This document shows, in pieces, positions 26,271-39,775 of a stretch of 64,000 nt of DNA; the stretch's first letter is position 1, and each line of letters begins with the position of its first letter. The notes under the pieces are model-generated. The model had not been told where the DNA came from and made no database searches. It was given only the letters and a program-made list of their open reading frames with translations. This stretch comes from Isurus oxyrinchus (taxonomy: Eukaryota), in the NCBI GenBank assembly GCA_026770705.1, contig JANJGN010000014.1:70928001-70992000 (forward strand), given 5' to 3'. A program made the translations under genes and the position numbers.

Positions 26271-26881
26271 ATTCGAAAGACTTTTAACTTGAGGCATAGA
26301 TAAACTAATATTCTAATCATCAGCTATATCATTAACTTTTATAACTACATATAAAGAATTACGCCATCTTCAGGCTTTTGCATCCGTGTAACGGGGCGGC
26401 GGTGCTATTTGGCAGGCATACACCCTGTGGCCACAGAAACACACAAACACAAATAAAGTACATCTGATTTAACCATAAAGAAAAAATCTCGAAACAGCCG
26501 CAGAAAGCTGGCGAAGGCAGTGATCTATCCATCTCAGACTCCCACAATGCGAGCAGAATGATTTTCTATTACTACTTGTATTTTCTTTTGGGATAATAGT
26601 AGTTAAATGAAACAAGTACACAATTAAATTTAATCAACATTTATTAATTTAATCACATTCGACCATCATAAAAAGTGACTATTGCTGCGGAATACCTTGT
26701 CATTGTTTTTTTTTTGCTTTTATAATATGCTTATCGGAGATAGGTAATGGTTGAGAATTTCCAGCCGCAATACACCACCAATTATTTCACACGCACAGTA
26801 ATTAAGACACATCGTAAGTGCACGTTTTTTTCTATCATTAATTAAGTGTGTTCGCAATACATTCCAAATTATCCATTCTAT

Positions 26882-26902
26882 TAGGCAGTTCATGTTGTTG
26901 GG
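26882..26902 (-). promoter_or_regulatory. miR-196 target site in HoxD8 3'UTR
   Basis: mRNA-sense CCCAACAACATGAACTGCCTA, near-fully complementary to miR-196 (UAGGUAGUUUCAUGUUGUUGGG); 380 nt after the HoxD8 stop. Confidence 0.9.
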
Positions 26903-27281
26903 TATAATCACATAATGCTAAATAAAATCAGCAAACTAAATCAATCACCATATCATTTCATATTTTCGTCTTATTAAAAAGCAATAAAATCTTTATTCAA
27001 AATGGCTATTTCTTCTGAGATTTTGCCGACTTTTAAAGGGAGCTGCAAAACTCTGTACAGGGGTGATCAGTCAAGGTTGATTGAAAAGGTTAAAATTATG
27101 CACACGGGATTTCATTAGAAATAATGTCGAATTAAGGCTCGAAAGAACTTCAAAAACAGGTGGACTGGTTTACATAAAACTAGCCATCAACGTGCTGGAG
27201 GATTCATTCTGCTCAACACGTTTAACAGTGGAATTAGCACAAACTGAATGACGTTTTGCTTTGAGGCCAAAGGGGGTAAAG

Positions 27282-27577
27282 TTACTTGGTCTCTTTTTCT
27301 GTTGTCTCCTGCTCAGGCTCTTCCTGTTCTTTCTTGACCTCTTCCTCCTCGTCGTCGTTCCGAGAGGTTGGAAATTTGTCCTTGTTGTTCTCTTTTTTCC
27401 ATTTCATTCTCCTATTTTGAAACCAAATCTTCACCTGTCTCTCAGTCAGTCCCAGAGCATGTGAAACCTCGATCCTCCGCTTTCGAGTTAGATACGGATT
27501 GAACAGGAATTCCTTTTCCAGCTCCAGAGTTTGGAATCGGCTGTAAGTCTGTCTTCCTCTGCGTCTACCGGGTGCTG
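27282..27577 (-). CDS. hoxd8: HoxD8 exon 2 (homeodomain)
   Basis: Not in the ORF track. Acceptor TAG|CAG; reads [70 protein letters not shown]; TAA at 27284-27282. Confidence 0.96.
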
Positions 27578-27800
27578 CTAAAGAACACGAGAATCACAAG
27601 AGACAATAAATATCGGATAAAATGCATATACAACCGAATAACGACAGCCTAGGAACAGGAACGGCAAGAACGGTAATGGCATGCAAAGAAAGTGGTCCTA
27701 TAAAAGCAGACAGAATATTATAGACAGCGTTAAACACCTTGGCGATATAACTGAGCAGCAGTAAAACGTGAGATGGAAGCTAATTCTAATATATCCAAAC

Positions 27801-28227
27801 CTTGAGGTCTCATCCAGGGAAACATTTGAGTAGGAGACGAGTTCTGATTTAAGTGCTCTGGTTCTTCGCCAATATTACTGCTAGACGATTTACAGTCAGG
27901 ATATTGTACCAGATCGGCCTCTTGCTGTGTCGTAAAAATTTGCTGTCTTTGTAAGTTATCGTATCCGTAAAATTTAGAGGGGTCACCATGACACGTAATT
28001 CCACAAGGATTCTGTTGAAAGCCAGCATTAGGAAGTGCAGATGTCCCATGATGGTAAAAATCTTGAACTTGAGCTGGGTGCTGGAAGCCTGCGCCGCTGC
28101 TGGGACCATAGACCACAGCGTGTCTGCTGGTCACGTCTTGTGGAAACCGGCAGTCATAGTAAGTGGGACTTAGTGCTTCTCCTGGCTTGTACTTGGAGTA
28201 GAATGGATTAACAAAATATGAACTCAT
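27801..28227 (-). CDS. hoxd8: HoxD8 exon 1
   Basis: ATG at 28227, [28 protein letters not shown]...QMFPWMRPQ; donor G|GTTTGG at 27800. Spliced product 240 aa. Confidence 0.96.
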
Positions 28228-31200
28228 CTGTGCAGACTCTAGAATGACCAACGAATATCAACAAAGTAAATGTTAAACAATGCTGGAGTGATGTTATTGG
28301 GTCCCCCGGTCTACAGAGTGCTCATGATGGCAATGCAGGTCCAGTATGCACTGATGCCCGGTGGAACATACTCGCTAATACTGTAGGTACACAACTGCCT
28401 CACTGCTGTGGCTGCTTCACTTTGAAAGCGCAGATCAGTTCTAAGCCAGCTGAGAAGGTCGTTGCCTGCCGTTTACAGTTACCGCTTTCGCGGGCAACAC
28501 CTCTGTGCTGGAAAATGATATTTTTTTAAAAAAATGTAGAGGGCATACAGATCGGGGGAAAAAAAGGATAACATGCGGATTAATATATTCAGCACACTCT
28601 CGTTACAATTAGGCGGGCCGCATCACAGAAAACATGAAATACGTGCGCCACTCAACTGAGGAGAAATGAAGCTGGCCCGGTTACAGCACAGCAATTAGAT
28701 TTTAGAACACAACAAGGTGAGATTGGTCTCAAGGTCAAGACATAGTGAGGAGAAAAAGCCGGAAGGCTAAAAGGCTAAAGTTTGAATTAAGATCAGGGAT
28801 TATTTTTATTGGCTGTTTCTGTAAATCTTATTGGATCTGTGTGGGTCTGTCAATCTGTCTGTCTACCCAGCTTATATTTACACACATATATATTTCTATT
28901 TACATAATTAAGTATAGCTGACGCATGGATACTTCTGTGAGTTACATAAAAACTGTTATCAATCGATAATAATTCTCACTGGGTTTAAGTAGGCAGCAGA
29001 TGAGCAGAAATCGAACCTTTCCCACTAAAAAATTGTATCAAGCAACATTGTTATAGTATATACGAGTAAACCCCATCTACAAAGAGCGCTAAGAAATAGT
29101 TACCCTTGCCTCAGATAAAAAAATAGGCTCGCTTGACTGAAACTTCGAGGTTAATTACGAGCTAATGAAAATCATGCCTGTGAATACAATTTCCATCATT
29201 TCAACCCCGGCAGACGTCATTGCCGAGAAAGGCAGCTTGCATCTCCAGGCAAACACAAAGTTCGTAGCTTGAGGTTGAAATTTCATCAAGAAGCTCAGCA
29301 TCGGGAGGAACAGCAAGCCTGAGATGATAGGCGTGCAGCCCTCGAGCTGGTTAGTTTTAGCTGCTGATAACTGAATCGCTCATGAATAAAGTGAATCCCA
29401 TTTTTTCCCCCTTCAAGCGACTGTGTTTAAAGTTTAAACGAAAAAAGCTCTTGATCTGTTAAACTTGTATTCACCAGTGAACTTTGTCCCTCACGCTTCG
29501 GTGGGTCTCTCAAATCTACCGAATGCTGAAGGGAGAGAAAATCAGAAATGTCCTCGCTGGCTGCTTCCACTCTTATACTTCAATGAATGCAGAAAATGCT
29601 CATTCAAAATGAGCCCAAAATGTGCTGCAGGGATATTCCTCTTCAGTCAATTCTCATTTATTTGCATAAAACAAAAATAGTCAGGTAAAAAGTCACACTT
29701 TAAAACGCGTTCTCATTTTTTAATGGGATGTGCTGCCGTTTGCCCCGTTTTAACTCTATGATAGGAACAAGACACTAATCGCAATTCACAGCTAAATTTT
29801 TCGGCAAACCGCACTTTTCACAATGATGAAAAATTTTCATTAATCAGCAATGCGATTGATAGGCTGCGTATTAATGTTGTTTTGCACATATTTACATATG
29901 TAAATTCACTTTTCGGCAAAACTCTATTTCATCGGAATGCTTACTTCATTTAAGCCAAGTTTGTAAGAAAGGATAAATGATAGGAAGAGAATCTCTCGCT
30001 CTGCTGTCCCCTTTTAATACAAAGCATTCAAATCCATTTATTATTTTAAAAATCTGACCCTCGAGGCTGGAAAGCTTAAATGTACAGCTCGTTATTAGTC
30101 GTGTTTTACGTTTCCTTTTGCATTGTTATCTAAAACGATTACAGAACCTCTTTGAATCGAAGGGAAGAGACGCCAGAATCTGAAAGGATAAGTTAACACT
30201 TACCGGGGTTATTGAACAATCCCGCAATGAGCGGCAACAAACAAATGTATATGATATTTATTGTAATTATGGAGTGTGGGGTACGTGCCTAATGTAAAGC
30301 AGCCAAGTGTCTACTTTAAAAACGGCGACAAGTGTTTTTGCCGAAATCTTGGGAACGGTTTTTAAAAAATATTGAAATGGCACCTCCACCGTCATTCTGT
30401 AGGTATGATTTAAATTTTAACTTTAGACATTATTCACTTTCTTCTCTCTCGAATTTGTAGCCAATTTATTCCGAGACATAGCAATGCAGCGAGCACATGA
30501 GAAGTCAAATCAATGTGTCACTTATTTTATACTTTGAAATTTGTAACTGTACTCAAACGCTTGAAAATGTTTCAGAAATCATTGAAAATTATTACAGCAT
30601 ATACCCTGAAAGAACTGTTATAAGGGGAAGATTGTAAAATTGGCCGCTAATGGGATTTTTAAAAATTGGAGGACCAATTCTTTTTTGATGATTAATTTTT
30701 AGACTGAAATGCACAATAAAATAAACACGTGTCTACGCCTGTTAAGGTCGAGAATTACACAGTAATGCTAAGATTAACTGTAAGTGTATTTCATTTGTCG
30801 TGGTAATGCTACATTGCATTGTAAAATTTCAGTTTTCGTTTCAGAGTAGTGATTCTTTAATTAAAATTGAGAAATAAAAAAATCTGACATCCTTATTCTC
30901 GAAATCTACACCGAAATATCTGGCTATGACTTTAGTGTGCAACTTCAACCATTACACAAAGATCATATTTTACACTTTCATTGAAGGAACATCATTAGAA
31001 CAAAGGAGAATGCAGGCACACATATGGAGGGTTTTGTGGAAATTAAGTTGCAACTGGTGTAAATTGTTTTGAATAACCCTTCATTTTGTTCTCAAAAATC
31101 TTAGAATATCGAAAATCTGATACATGTAACTATTTAATGATACATTTCCAAAGAGGTTTGGTGGAACTTCTAACCTTTAAGCGAGCACATGGTCGCACGC

Positions 31201-34200
31201 CTTTAATTTGGACCGCTTTTTTGAGTATTTGCAATTGTAAGATGAAACTTGCATTTTGAAATTCCTCCAAAAACAGGTTACATATATTACCGTTTTTCGC
31301 GTTTTCTAAATTTAAACACACTATGAAAAAATATGAAGTTCCTTTTAACCGATTTACTGTGTATCTGTTGTCATTTGCAGGTTTTACAATTTGGTATAGT
31401 GGAGCGACAGCACCGCCGAGTGGATAGTGAAATGAACTACGACTGAAGTGGAACCGGGGCGACTTTGGTTCACTTTTGTGCGGAATCATTTAAGAACCAG
31501 TTAACATGCTTGTGAAGAAACGAAACATAAAAGGAGCTCCATTACATCTCAATAAAGGCTAAAAAATAAGTTTTATGAAGAATGATTCCGAATTGTCAGG
31601 ACAGATTGTCTGATATACCCCGCACTACTTTAACTCGGCATTCAGTACTCTGCAGCAAAGCCCCAGGGGTTCAAAAAGTTAGATGATACTTTGAAAATTT
31701 ACACACTTGGTATTTGACAGAAGGCAGTCGGCTAATTATATATTATTTCGCTAACGACTTTCTAAAAGAAATGTAAGTTAAATCAGTTGATTATATATAA
31801 ATGTTAATTACTAAAGTAGCAAAATTATTTTCGGATCTAATAATCTGAAGGGTGGGGGGAGCGTAGAGAGATATGGATGACTGCACGTGTATACAGAGAC
31901 AAAGAAAGTAACAGAAAAATAGAGCAGATTAGCGAAAGATCTAAATATATTTCCTATAAATTGTGAAAATGTTTTTCTGAATATGCACCAATTGCTGTTG
32001 CCACATTTTTAAAACTATGAAAACGTTGGTATGCGCACGAAAGCGAGATGAGAAACATTCATTTGAAGGTACAAAATTAAATAAATTCATAAAACGGGTG
32101 CTGTGTTCAATTTAGTGTCCACTCGTCATTTAACAATCCTGTGACACATATTCGTCTATAAATCATTTGCATCTTGCATAATAAAATATAATGAACGTAA
32201 GTATTATTTCTTTAGAGGTCTTTTTTTTTCTCCTATCGCGTGTATTTTCAGTTAATGAAGTAAGCCTATAGATTTCCGTGTTATTCTTACTTAACTGGAC
32301 ATGCGGATGAATATTTTGTGTAAATCTGCCGTATGGCGAAGTGTACTCCATTGTACTTCGTACATGTATGTTTGGGAATAGATAAGATTGTCCAGATTCA
32401 AGTGACAAAGCGGAATTAATTGTCTTCGCTCCTTTAACGAGTGTCTGCGTTTTTGTTTGTCATCAACAGACAAAACATCTGAATTGGCTGATTTCAAAGA
32501 AGTCCGTAATTACATGAAAAAACTATAAAGCCATTAAGGTCAGGCGTCTAGCCAGTTGTGGGGTTTATTGTACCCCGTTCCTTCCGGTTCTAAAGCACTG
32601 TATGTAGAATTGTGGCAATAGATGGCGTTGCAATTCAACACCTCCTGAGCACTAAAATTTTCAGAGAACTCTCCAAAAAGAATGAAGTTCTAGTCTTACG
32701 AGTGCGCGCGATTGTTGTCAGTTTGCAACTTTGGTGAGATAGTGACATTAAATAAAATAAATCTGCCTGTGCTCAGTGCCCAATTTTGTAAGCAGTTATA
32801 ATAAATACGCACCCAATGTTTTGCCAACAATGTGTACTTTGTTGTTTATTTTTGTACCTTTAATTAATGTACCCAGTGTGTTTGTAACTATGAATCATCC
32901 CAACGTGTTACGCGTCGGATATCAGCAGTAATAATATACATAACATTGTCCGAGCAACGAAGAAGAAACTATAAAACATATTTTTTTATGTAAATAAGGC
33001 CGAAAGTAATTTCCTTCGAGCAGCTACCAACTCAAATGTTAAGGAAATAATCAAAACGCATTGATTAAAACACGTTTTTGTTTCACAAGATACTTTGATC
33101 TACATTATATATGGGACGTATATGGGTCAGCCTGTGCATCGTGAAAAATTGCTAATTATTACAACCCAGAAAATCCAAGATTTCAGAATTGTTTTATAAT
33201 TTATGCAACCGGTCGTCTTTCCCCATCGGAGGTCAATATTAGATTGCTGATCAGTTAATTTGAACGAAATTCTTTTTGGATCATCCTAGTATTAGCATCC
33301 ATTTGTCAAAACTGAACGTTTCAAACAGAAATGGAAGCAATATAATGCCCTTCTAATGGATTGTATAGTATTGCTTTGCAGTCCCTCCTGAAATGGCTAA
33401 TGTTTCACATCCAAACAAAGTTAATCGCATCATAAATGACTTTTCGAGCAGTCAGCAAATCTGAATTGTTTATAAATTTTATTGTTATCGTAACGAGGAA
33501 ACGTGAGGTACAAACCAGCGGACATGAGTGGAACTTCCTGCTTAGTCGTTTGACTTCTGCAGCACAGCATGATTTTTATTATCACATCTATGGCAGCTAT
33601 TAAATGCTGCAGAGGATCTGGGAGTAAGTCAAAAAGTACTGTGATATTATATTTTCTCACATTTTCATTACATTAATTACACTGGATTTGACGTAATGAT
33701 CCAAGTGACCGCATCTTTATAACAGTATTGAAATCGACGCAATAAACACAGAATTAAAGCAGGTCATATTCACTTGTCACTAAAATAAGCTTGCTTCAGA
33801 TTGTCCCAAACGCACAAAAAAGATGTCAACAGCTGATGGAAAAGTAACAAAATTTGGACACCTTTCAATTCACTTGTGTTCCTTCGTCAAGGTGCCTATA
33901 GCTTTATGATACGTTCAGGTTATTCGAGAAATATCCCTTCCCATAGTGACCACGAAACTCTGCTAATTTAACTTGAAATATTTTAAATAAATAGTACATT
34001 GGTTTGACACCCTTTATCAGCACAGTGGTGGTGTCATTGCACTTGTAAATAACTGAATAATGTACAGTGAGTGGCGCTTTTATTACAGTTCACAGAGGAA
34101 CCGGCAGAAAAACTGAATAGGGAGACAAAGGGTCCGCATTTCTCTATATTTATATCTAAATGATACGCTAACAGTACAGCGGAAACATAACATCTTACAG

Positions 34201-34524
34201 GTTGCACAACTAAAGAAAACGTTGAAATATGCGTGCTTAATTTATGTATAAAACAAGTATATTCTAATAATGGTGTCAAAGTTTTATCGTATTACAACCA
34301 ATGTGCTGACATCAGATTAAATTCCGTTTAATGTAACCAAATAGCAGCAAATCAGGGAGTCTCTACACAAATGTCAGTTGTTTAAACACAGGATTGCTCC
34401 GGAGCTGTACAACACTGGGAAACATAGACCGTGCTTTGAATAGGCACCACTAGATAGACAATACACTTTTTACACAGTCTGTTTGTAGGATTTTCAGATC
34501 TATCGCTAAGATACGGATGTTCAC

Positions 34525-34766
34525 TCATGGTTCTTCGTTATTTTTCACTTTGTTCATCTTTTTCATTTTCATTCTTCTGTTTTGAAACCAAATCTTTACC
34601 TGTCGCTCGGTAAGATTTAAAATTCTAGCAACTTCATAACGCCGGTCTCTGGTGAGATACATATTAAATAAAAACTCCTTTTCTAATTCAAGCGTCTGGT
34701 ACTTGGTATAAGGGCAGCGTTTCTTCCTGGTAGAGCGAGCATGGATCCAATTTATTGCGGGGTGAT
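34525..34766 (-). CDS. hoxd9: HoxD9 exon 2 (homeodomain)
   Basis: Acceptor ttccAG|; reads [73 protein letters not shown]; TGA at 34527-34525. Confidence 0.96.
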
Positions 34767-35314
34767 CTGGAAGGAATGGAAAAACAGGAATTAAAATCTG
34801 AACACCTCTTGAATATTTTCCACGGGATTTCGGACATGCTCAAGAATTTCCACAACGCAATAATATTAATCAAAACTACAGATCCCCCTTTTCCACTGGG
34901 CGCTTGTCAAGTTCAATGAGATTTCATATATTAGAAGTTGAGACAGCGATTGATTTTAGTCTGTTTGGGATTGTTTTGAAACGGGGGAAACGAGGGGAAA
35001 ACAATCTTTGATAGAAAGAATGGAAAAAATGCAGTTAAAAATGTTTAAATTAGAAAAGTGTATTCTACCTTCGACTTTCCCAGTAGTCCTGCAAAATGCA
35101 ACGAGAAGGAATGCATCAACGTTTTACAGTCTTGTCAGACACAAATTTGTGTGTAAAAATTCCCTGTAAACAATATAAACTCTTTACTGCTGGCTGTGGG
35201 TTTTCAGACTTGGGTAGGCGTCTAGACATTTTTATAGGTTTGTAAAACCATCAGCTTTGCACACTCGGGTCTACAGGTTCGGGTTGTAAATCAAGCTGCA
35301 ATTTTTGCACTTAC

Positions 35315-35870
35315 TTGGGTCAAGTTGCTGTTGTTTCTCCTCCTTGTGCTCACTGTTGCTCGTAATCTCGGAGCTAGCGCAGCCAAGCTCTTTGGGAAGC
35401 TTCTCCCTACACTCTGAGTAGGAGCCGCAAGTGAATTCTGGCAGGCTGAGGGTTTGCAGCTCAAAGGAAGAGCTCTCAGTCCTCTTGGTTGACAAAGTTT
35501 CTGGCTTGATCCCGTAATGCCGGCCGTTAGGATGGAATCCGGGGAAAGAGACTGAACTGGAAAGTGGTTCTAACCATGAGCGCACGTATCTGCTGTCTCC
35601 AGCTGCAAGATGCGATTGATGCATGTAAGGATGATAGATTCCTGCAACGGCGGCAGAGGACTGAGGATGGACGGGAGACCAGGGATTTGAAAATGCTGTT
35701 GACTTGGGGGTAAAACTGCAGGAAGAGAAATCTGAACTGTCTGCTACACCTGATGGCCTTGAGGCTGTGCTGTGAGCTCCTTGAGCATATCTAGCCGCGT
35801 ATAAGTCCTCTGTCTCCTGTCCTATCAACGAATCAACATAATAATTGTGTATAGTGCCACCGGTCGACAT
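35315..35870 (-). CDS. hoxd9: HoxD9 exon 1
   Basis: ATG at 35870, MSTGGTIHNYYVDSLIG...YVRSWLEP...YGIKPE...QQQLDP; donor A|GTAAGT. An in-frame upstream ATG lies at 35891. Spliced product 265 aa. Confidence 0.95.
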
Positions 35871-38800
35871 TTTAGGCTCTCTGGCTTTCATAGAAAAGGT
35901 TACACTGGAAAGTGTATCTGATACCTTCACTCAGAACAATCATAGTATTTTGCCGACTGCAGTTGCAGCTATTGGTTGCGGCCCTCACGTGACTGTATTT
36001 ACCAATACAGCGAGTAAATCAATCCGCTCATCGGCCTTACCGCAACTGGGCCTAGACCAGCTTTTACAGAAATAACAAAAAATGCATTATCAATGGACAG
36101 AACAAAATCATTTGGTCAGGATTGTTGGAAACGTTCTGCTGGAGCCTAAGGAACAACATCTCCAAGAGCAGTTAAAACAGCGTCTGGAGAAGCAGGGGAC
36201 TATTTTCCCCGTAAGCTAATTAATGTCTGTCACTCATTTCATAATCAGTAGTGCGTGGTCCATGATCTATGTCAAGAGCAAATATCTGTTAGCTTAGTGC
36301 AATAAAGCGGCAAGAAAACACCTTCGAGGTACGTTGGTGTTTCTATACTGTATATTCCCTGCTTAGAAAAGAGCTTTTACAGACCATTGGCTGGTTACTC
36401 TCATAAAAGGAATGAACGACATGTTGTTAAACGAAGGATTTGAGCTACTTTTTTCAAATCTGGACTATAGGAACGTGCTGAGTTATTTCCCATTCTTCGA
36501 ATTTTCCTCGGCTTATATTTTAATTTGTTTTAAGTATCACTGCATTTGAAGTAAAGGGTTCCTCGCCCCTTTATAGTCTGTACTCAGAAGCCACCATAAA
36601 TGCTTTTATGTCTATCAATAAAATTTTTATGAGGTGCATTTGATTATACATTAATGTGTCTTTAATAAAACAGGCCTCTTTTGGCATAGTAAAGTATGCT
36701 TAACCAAAACTGGACGCCAAAAGGTTCCCACAAAGGTACAAGTATTCCAGCCTATAAATATGTTTCTCGTTCATCGCCTGTTAATAGCAGCTCAGTGTAC
36801 CATGGTGTACAAAAGAGGAGAATGTGCCCGCTGTTTAGAACATAAACGCACCACCAGCTCCAAAGCCGTGTTTCAGTGCTCTCGCTAGTCGATAGAATGG
36901 AGGAATTGCAGTGAGTCTAAGAGTAAAGATCGAGAAGTTTGAGTTGGTTCCGAGTTTTAAAAGATGATAGCCATTAAACAGCTGCCGAGAAATTGCGCGT
37001 TTCTTCAGATGCCACATTCAGTGACCGTCCACCATGACACAATCAGGCAAACCTCGCTAGCCTAAAGGGAATAAATTCAGTTTTACATAGTTTAAAAAAG
37101 CTAGGCATTTCTAGTTTAATTCCTCTTTCTTTTTCACATTGAACTTAGTTTTTTTCTCCTTTTGAGTGGTCAGTAACTGCGCAGTAATCTTGGCATTCAC
37201 CATGGCCAGATTACAAGCATCTCACGGACCTTTCAGAATACACATCTTATTAAATATACTGTATTCTTATCGGCTCCACTTTCTCACTTGTTTATGGGCA
37301 AAGACTTGATCATTTGTAATCTCTGTAATATAAACGAGAAGAAAAACTGCTTAATGTATTGTGGCGAATGATCAAAACCTAAAGATAAGCAAAGACGAAG
37401 GATAAGGCACATCAGTAACCGTTCAACAACTTTGTTGCAGTGTGAACCGTTATATATTACTGCCTCGCGTTAGTGCACTCAAGCCATTTTATTTAAACAA
37501 GGTGCAACAATTACAGGGCTAAGTTTAATTTCTACTTAACCAGATCCAGTTTATCCCGATGTAACTTGATGCAAATGTCAATCTTGCCCAATTTAGGCAG
37601 TAGGCATCCATACAGATTTAGGTGGCTAATCGGATGCTTTTCGCGAATTGCAAGTTTTTGACAAATTGAAAGAATAGGAAAACATTAATTGCTGTTGTTT
37701 TATGCCATTTGCACAAGATAAATGCGGCTTGTTCCTTTCTTGACTGTTAATTACTTTAAGAATGAGGGATGCAATCTCTCCTGCAGCTAGGCGCTGCGAT
37801 TGTTATGTGTAAACAAAAGAGTGGATTATAATTTTCCTTTCAAGATTATTTAAATAAAGCGTAAAAATTCAAATTGCTGCAACATTCATATCTATAAAGT
37901 TTACTGCAGTTCATGCAATGAAAGGTCGCCGGAAAGGTCTTTCGTTGGCTGCCATTTTACAGCACTTCAAGCGATACTTTGTTTTTTACAGAGTTAAAAT
38001 GTTAAGATTAAATATCAACCCCTCCCCCCACCCATCACAAATTAACTCAGCAAACGCCTTGAAATTTAACTACCGGGTGAATAGTACATCAGTGATAAAG
38101 GATTCCTTTCCTTGTAAACACCCGGGCTTAATTCAAAAAACAGCAAAAGCGTGCTTTCGAATATTTAAACATTTGCATGGATCGTGGTTTTACAAAACTC
38201 TGTTAGGCGAATCATTCTTCTAATTGCAATTGTTATCAAGGATAAGTAACTAATTTCATCCGTTAATAACTTTAACCCGATTAATTGACCTTGATTTAAT
38301 TAATTTTCTCATTTGTAAATACAAAGACAGCTGTTAAAACGAATTGGGAAGAATGTTTAGCCTGCGGTCTGGACAAGAGGAAATAATTTCCATTTAGTAT
38401 TCGTAGGACTGTAATTCGAAACAAATATTATGCTAAACAATCACTGTTTCTGCACAATGCAAAACCCAAATCCTGCGGTGCTTTACTCCAAACTTGGACT
38501 TGATTGAGCTAGTGGCTGCGTTTAATTTAGTTTCATTTTTATATGTGTTTTTTTAATGACCCCGTGCAGTCTGTAATTTTAAATGTTTCACGTCTTTCCA
38601 TCTGTGTAAAGCCTTGTAAATTTGCTGCCACGTTGTTTAATTTAACGACTTCATAATGTCTTGGACGCTAAGCTGTTATCGAAGAATTTTAGTAATTTTG
38701 ATCAACAGTTAAGTGCCTAGCACTTTGTTGCTATTATATACGTGTCTTTTTGTCTGTACTAATTTAGGCAGCTCCATGTAATTAAGAGGACAAAACTAGG

Positions 38801-39608
38801 AATACGGTAGATTCTGAAAAGACATAGATCTGTAAAAATGTTACCTTGACTCTTGAAGCTGTTTATTAATTGAATTGAACCATCTCCATAAAAAAATGTA
38901 TCGAATTAAACCATTAACCGATTGTCCTTTTCGGTCCATTATATGCTTACAGCGCTTTAAATTGTGTTTTTTTTTTGCTCTATTAACCTTAGGTTAAGGA
39001 ATTCCACATTATACATACCATTTACTAAATATTACGACATTTTGAAATTCGTTACGCGGTGTGCTAAAAATAGCAAAGACCTCACCATTTTACTAAAATT
39101 ATTCTCCTTATCGGCGCGGGTGACATTTATAAGATGCAGCTGCGCATCCAGAAAGAACGGAGTTCTGAATTCACGCTGTTTGACCCTCACTGCAACTAAA
39201 TATCCTGTGTTTCGTATAGGATAAAAATAACACGTGAGCATAATAATTGCCATTTGCATTGAACCTGTCGGGATAACTAGTCTTAGATGCGTTACTTCTG
39301 TTTATTAACGCCAAAGACTCCAATAGAACAGTAGTTTTGATATCCTGGTTAAGATTAAACTCAAATAAATAAATAATCAAGCACTGAACCGTGAACGTTG
39401 TTTTCGTTAATAAAGCGGATTATTATTTTCCGTACATATTTCTATAGCAAACTTTAACGTTTAAATTAGAAATTTCAGTTGTTAGTTCAGATAGTGTCCG
39501 CTTATGTCCCAGTAGAAGGTTTATGCTCATAATCATAAAGGAAACTTAGATTCCTATTAACGCATAGCAGCTCCAAAGAGACAAAACATAAATAAATCTG
39601 TAATAAAA

Positions 39609-39775
39609 ACAGAAAATGCGGAAAATACTCAGCAGGTCAGGCAGCATTTGTGGAGAAGGAAACAGGCCCATCGACCTGAAGGGTTAACTATTTCCCTTGC
39701 TGTCTGACCTATTGAGTGTCTCCAGCATTTTCTGTTCATATTTCAGATTCTCAGCGACCACAGTATTTTCATTTT
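39609..39775. mobile_element. Palindromic interspersed repeat fragment (shark-type, possibly Penelope-associated)
   Basis: Inverted arms at 39609-39646 and 39698-39735 (ACAGAAAATGCGGAAAATACTCAGCAGGTCAGGCAGCA / TGCTGTCTGACCTATTGAGTGTCTCCAGCATTTTCTGT); a second copy lies near 50700. Confidence 0.7.

Noticed and set aside
26882-26902. Plus-strand sequence resembling mature miR-196
   Set aside because: I see no complementary star arm; it is the reverse complement of the target site in the HoxD8 3'UTR.
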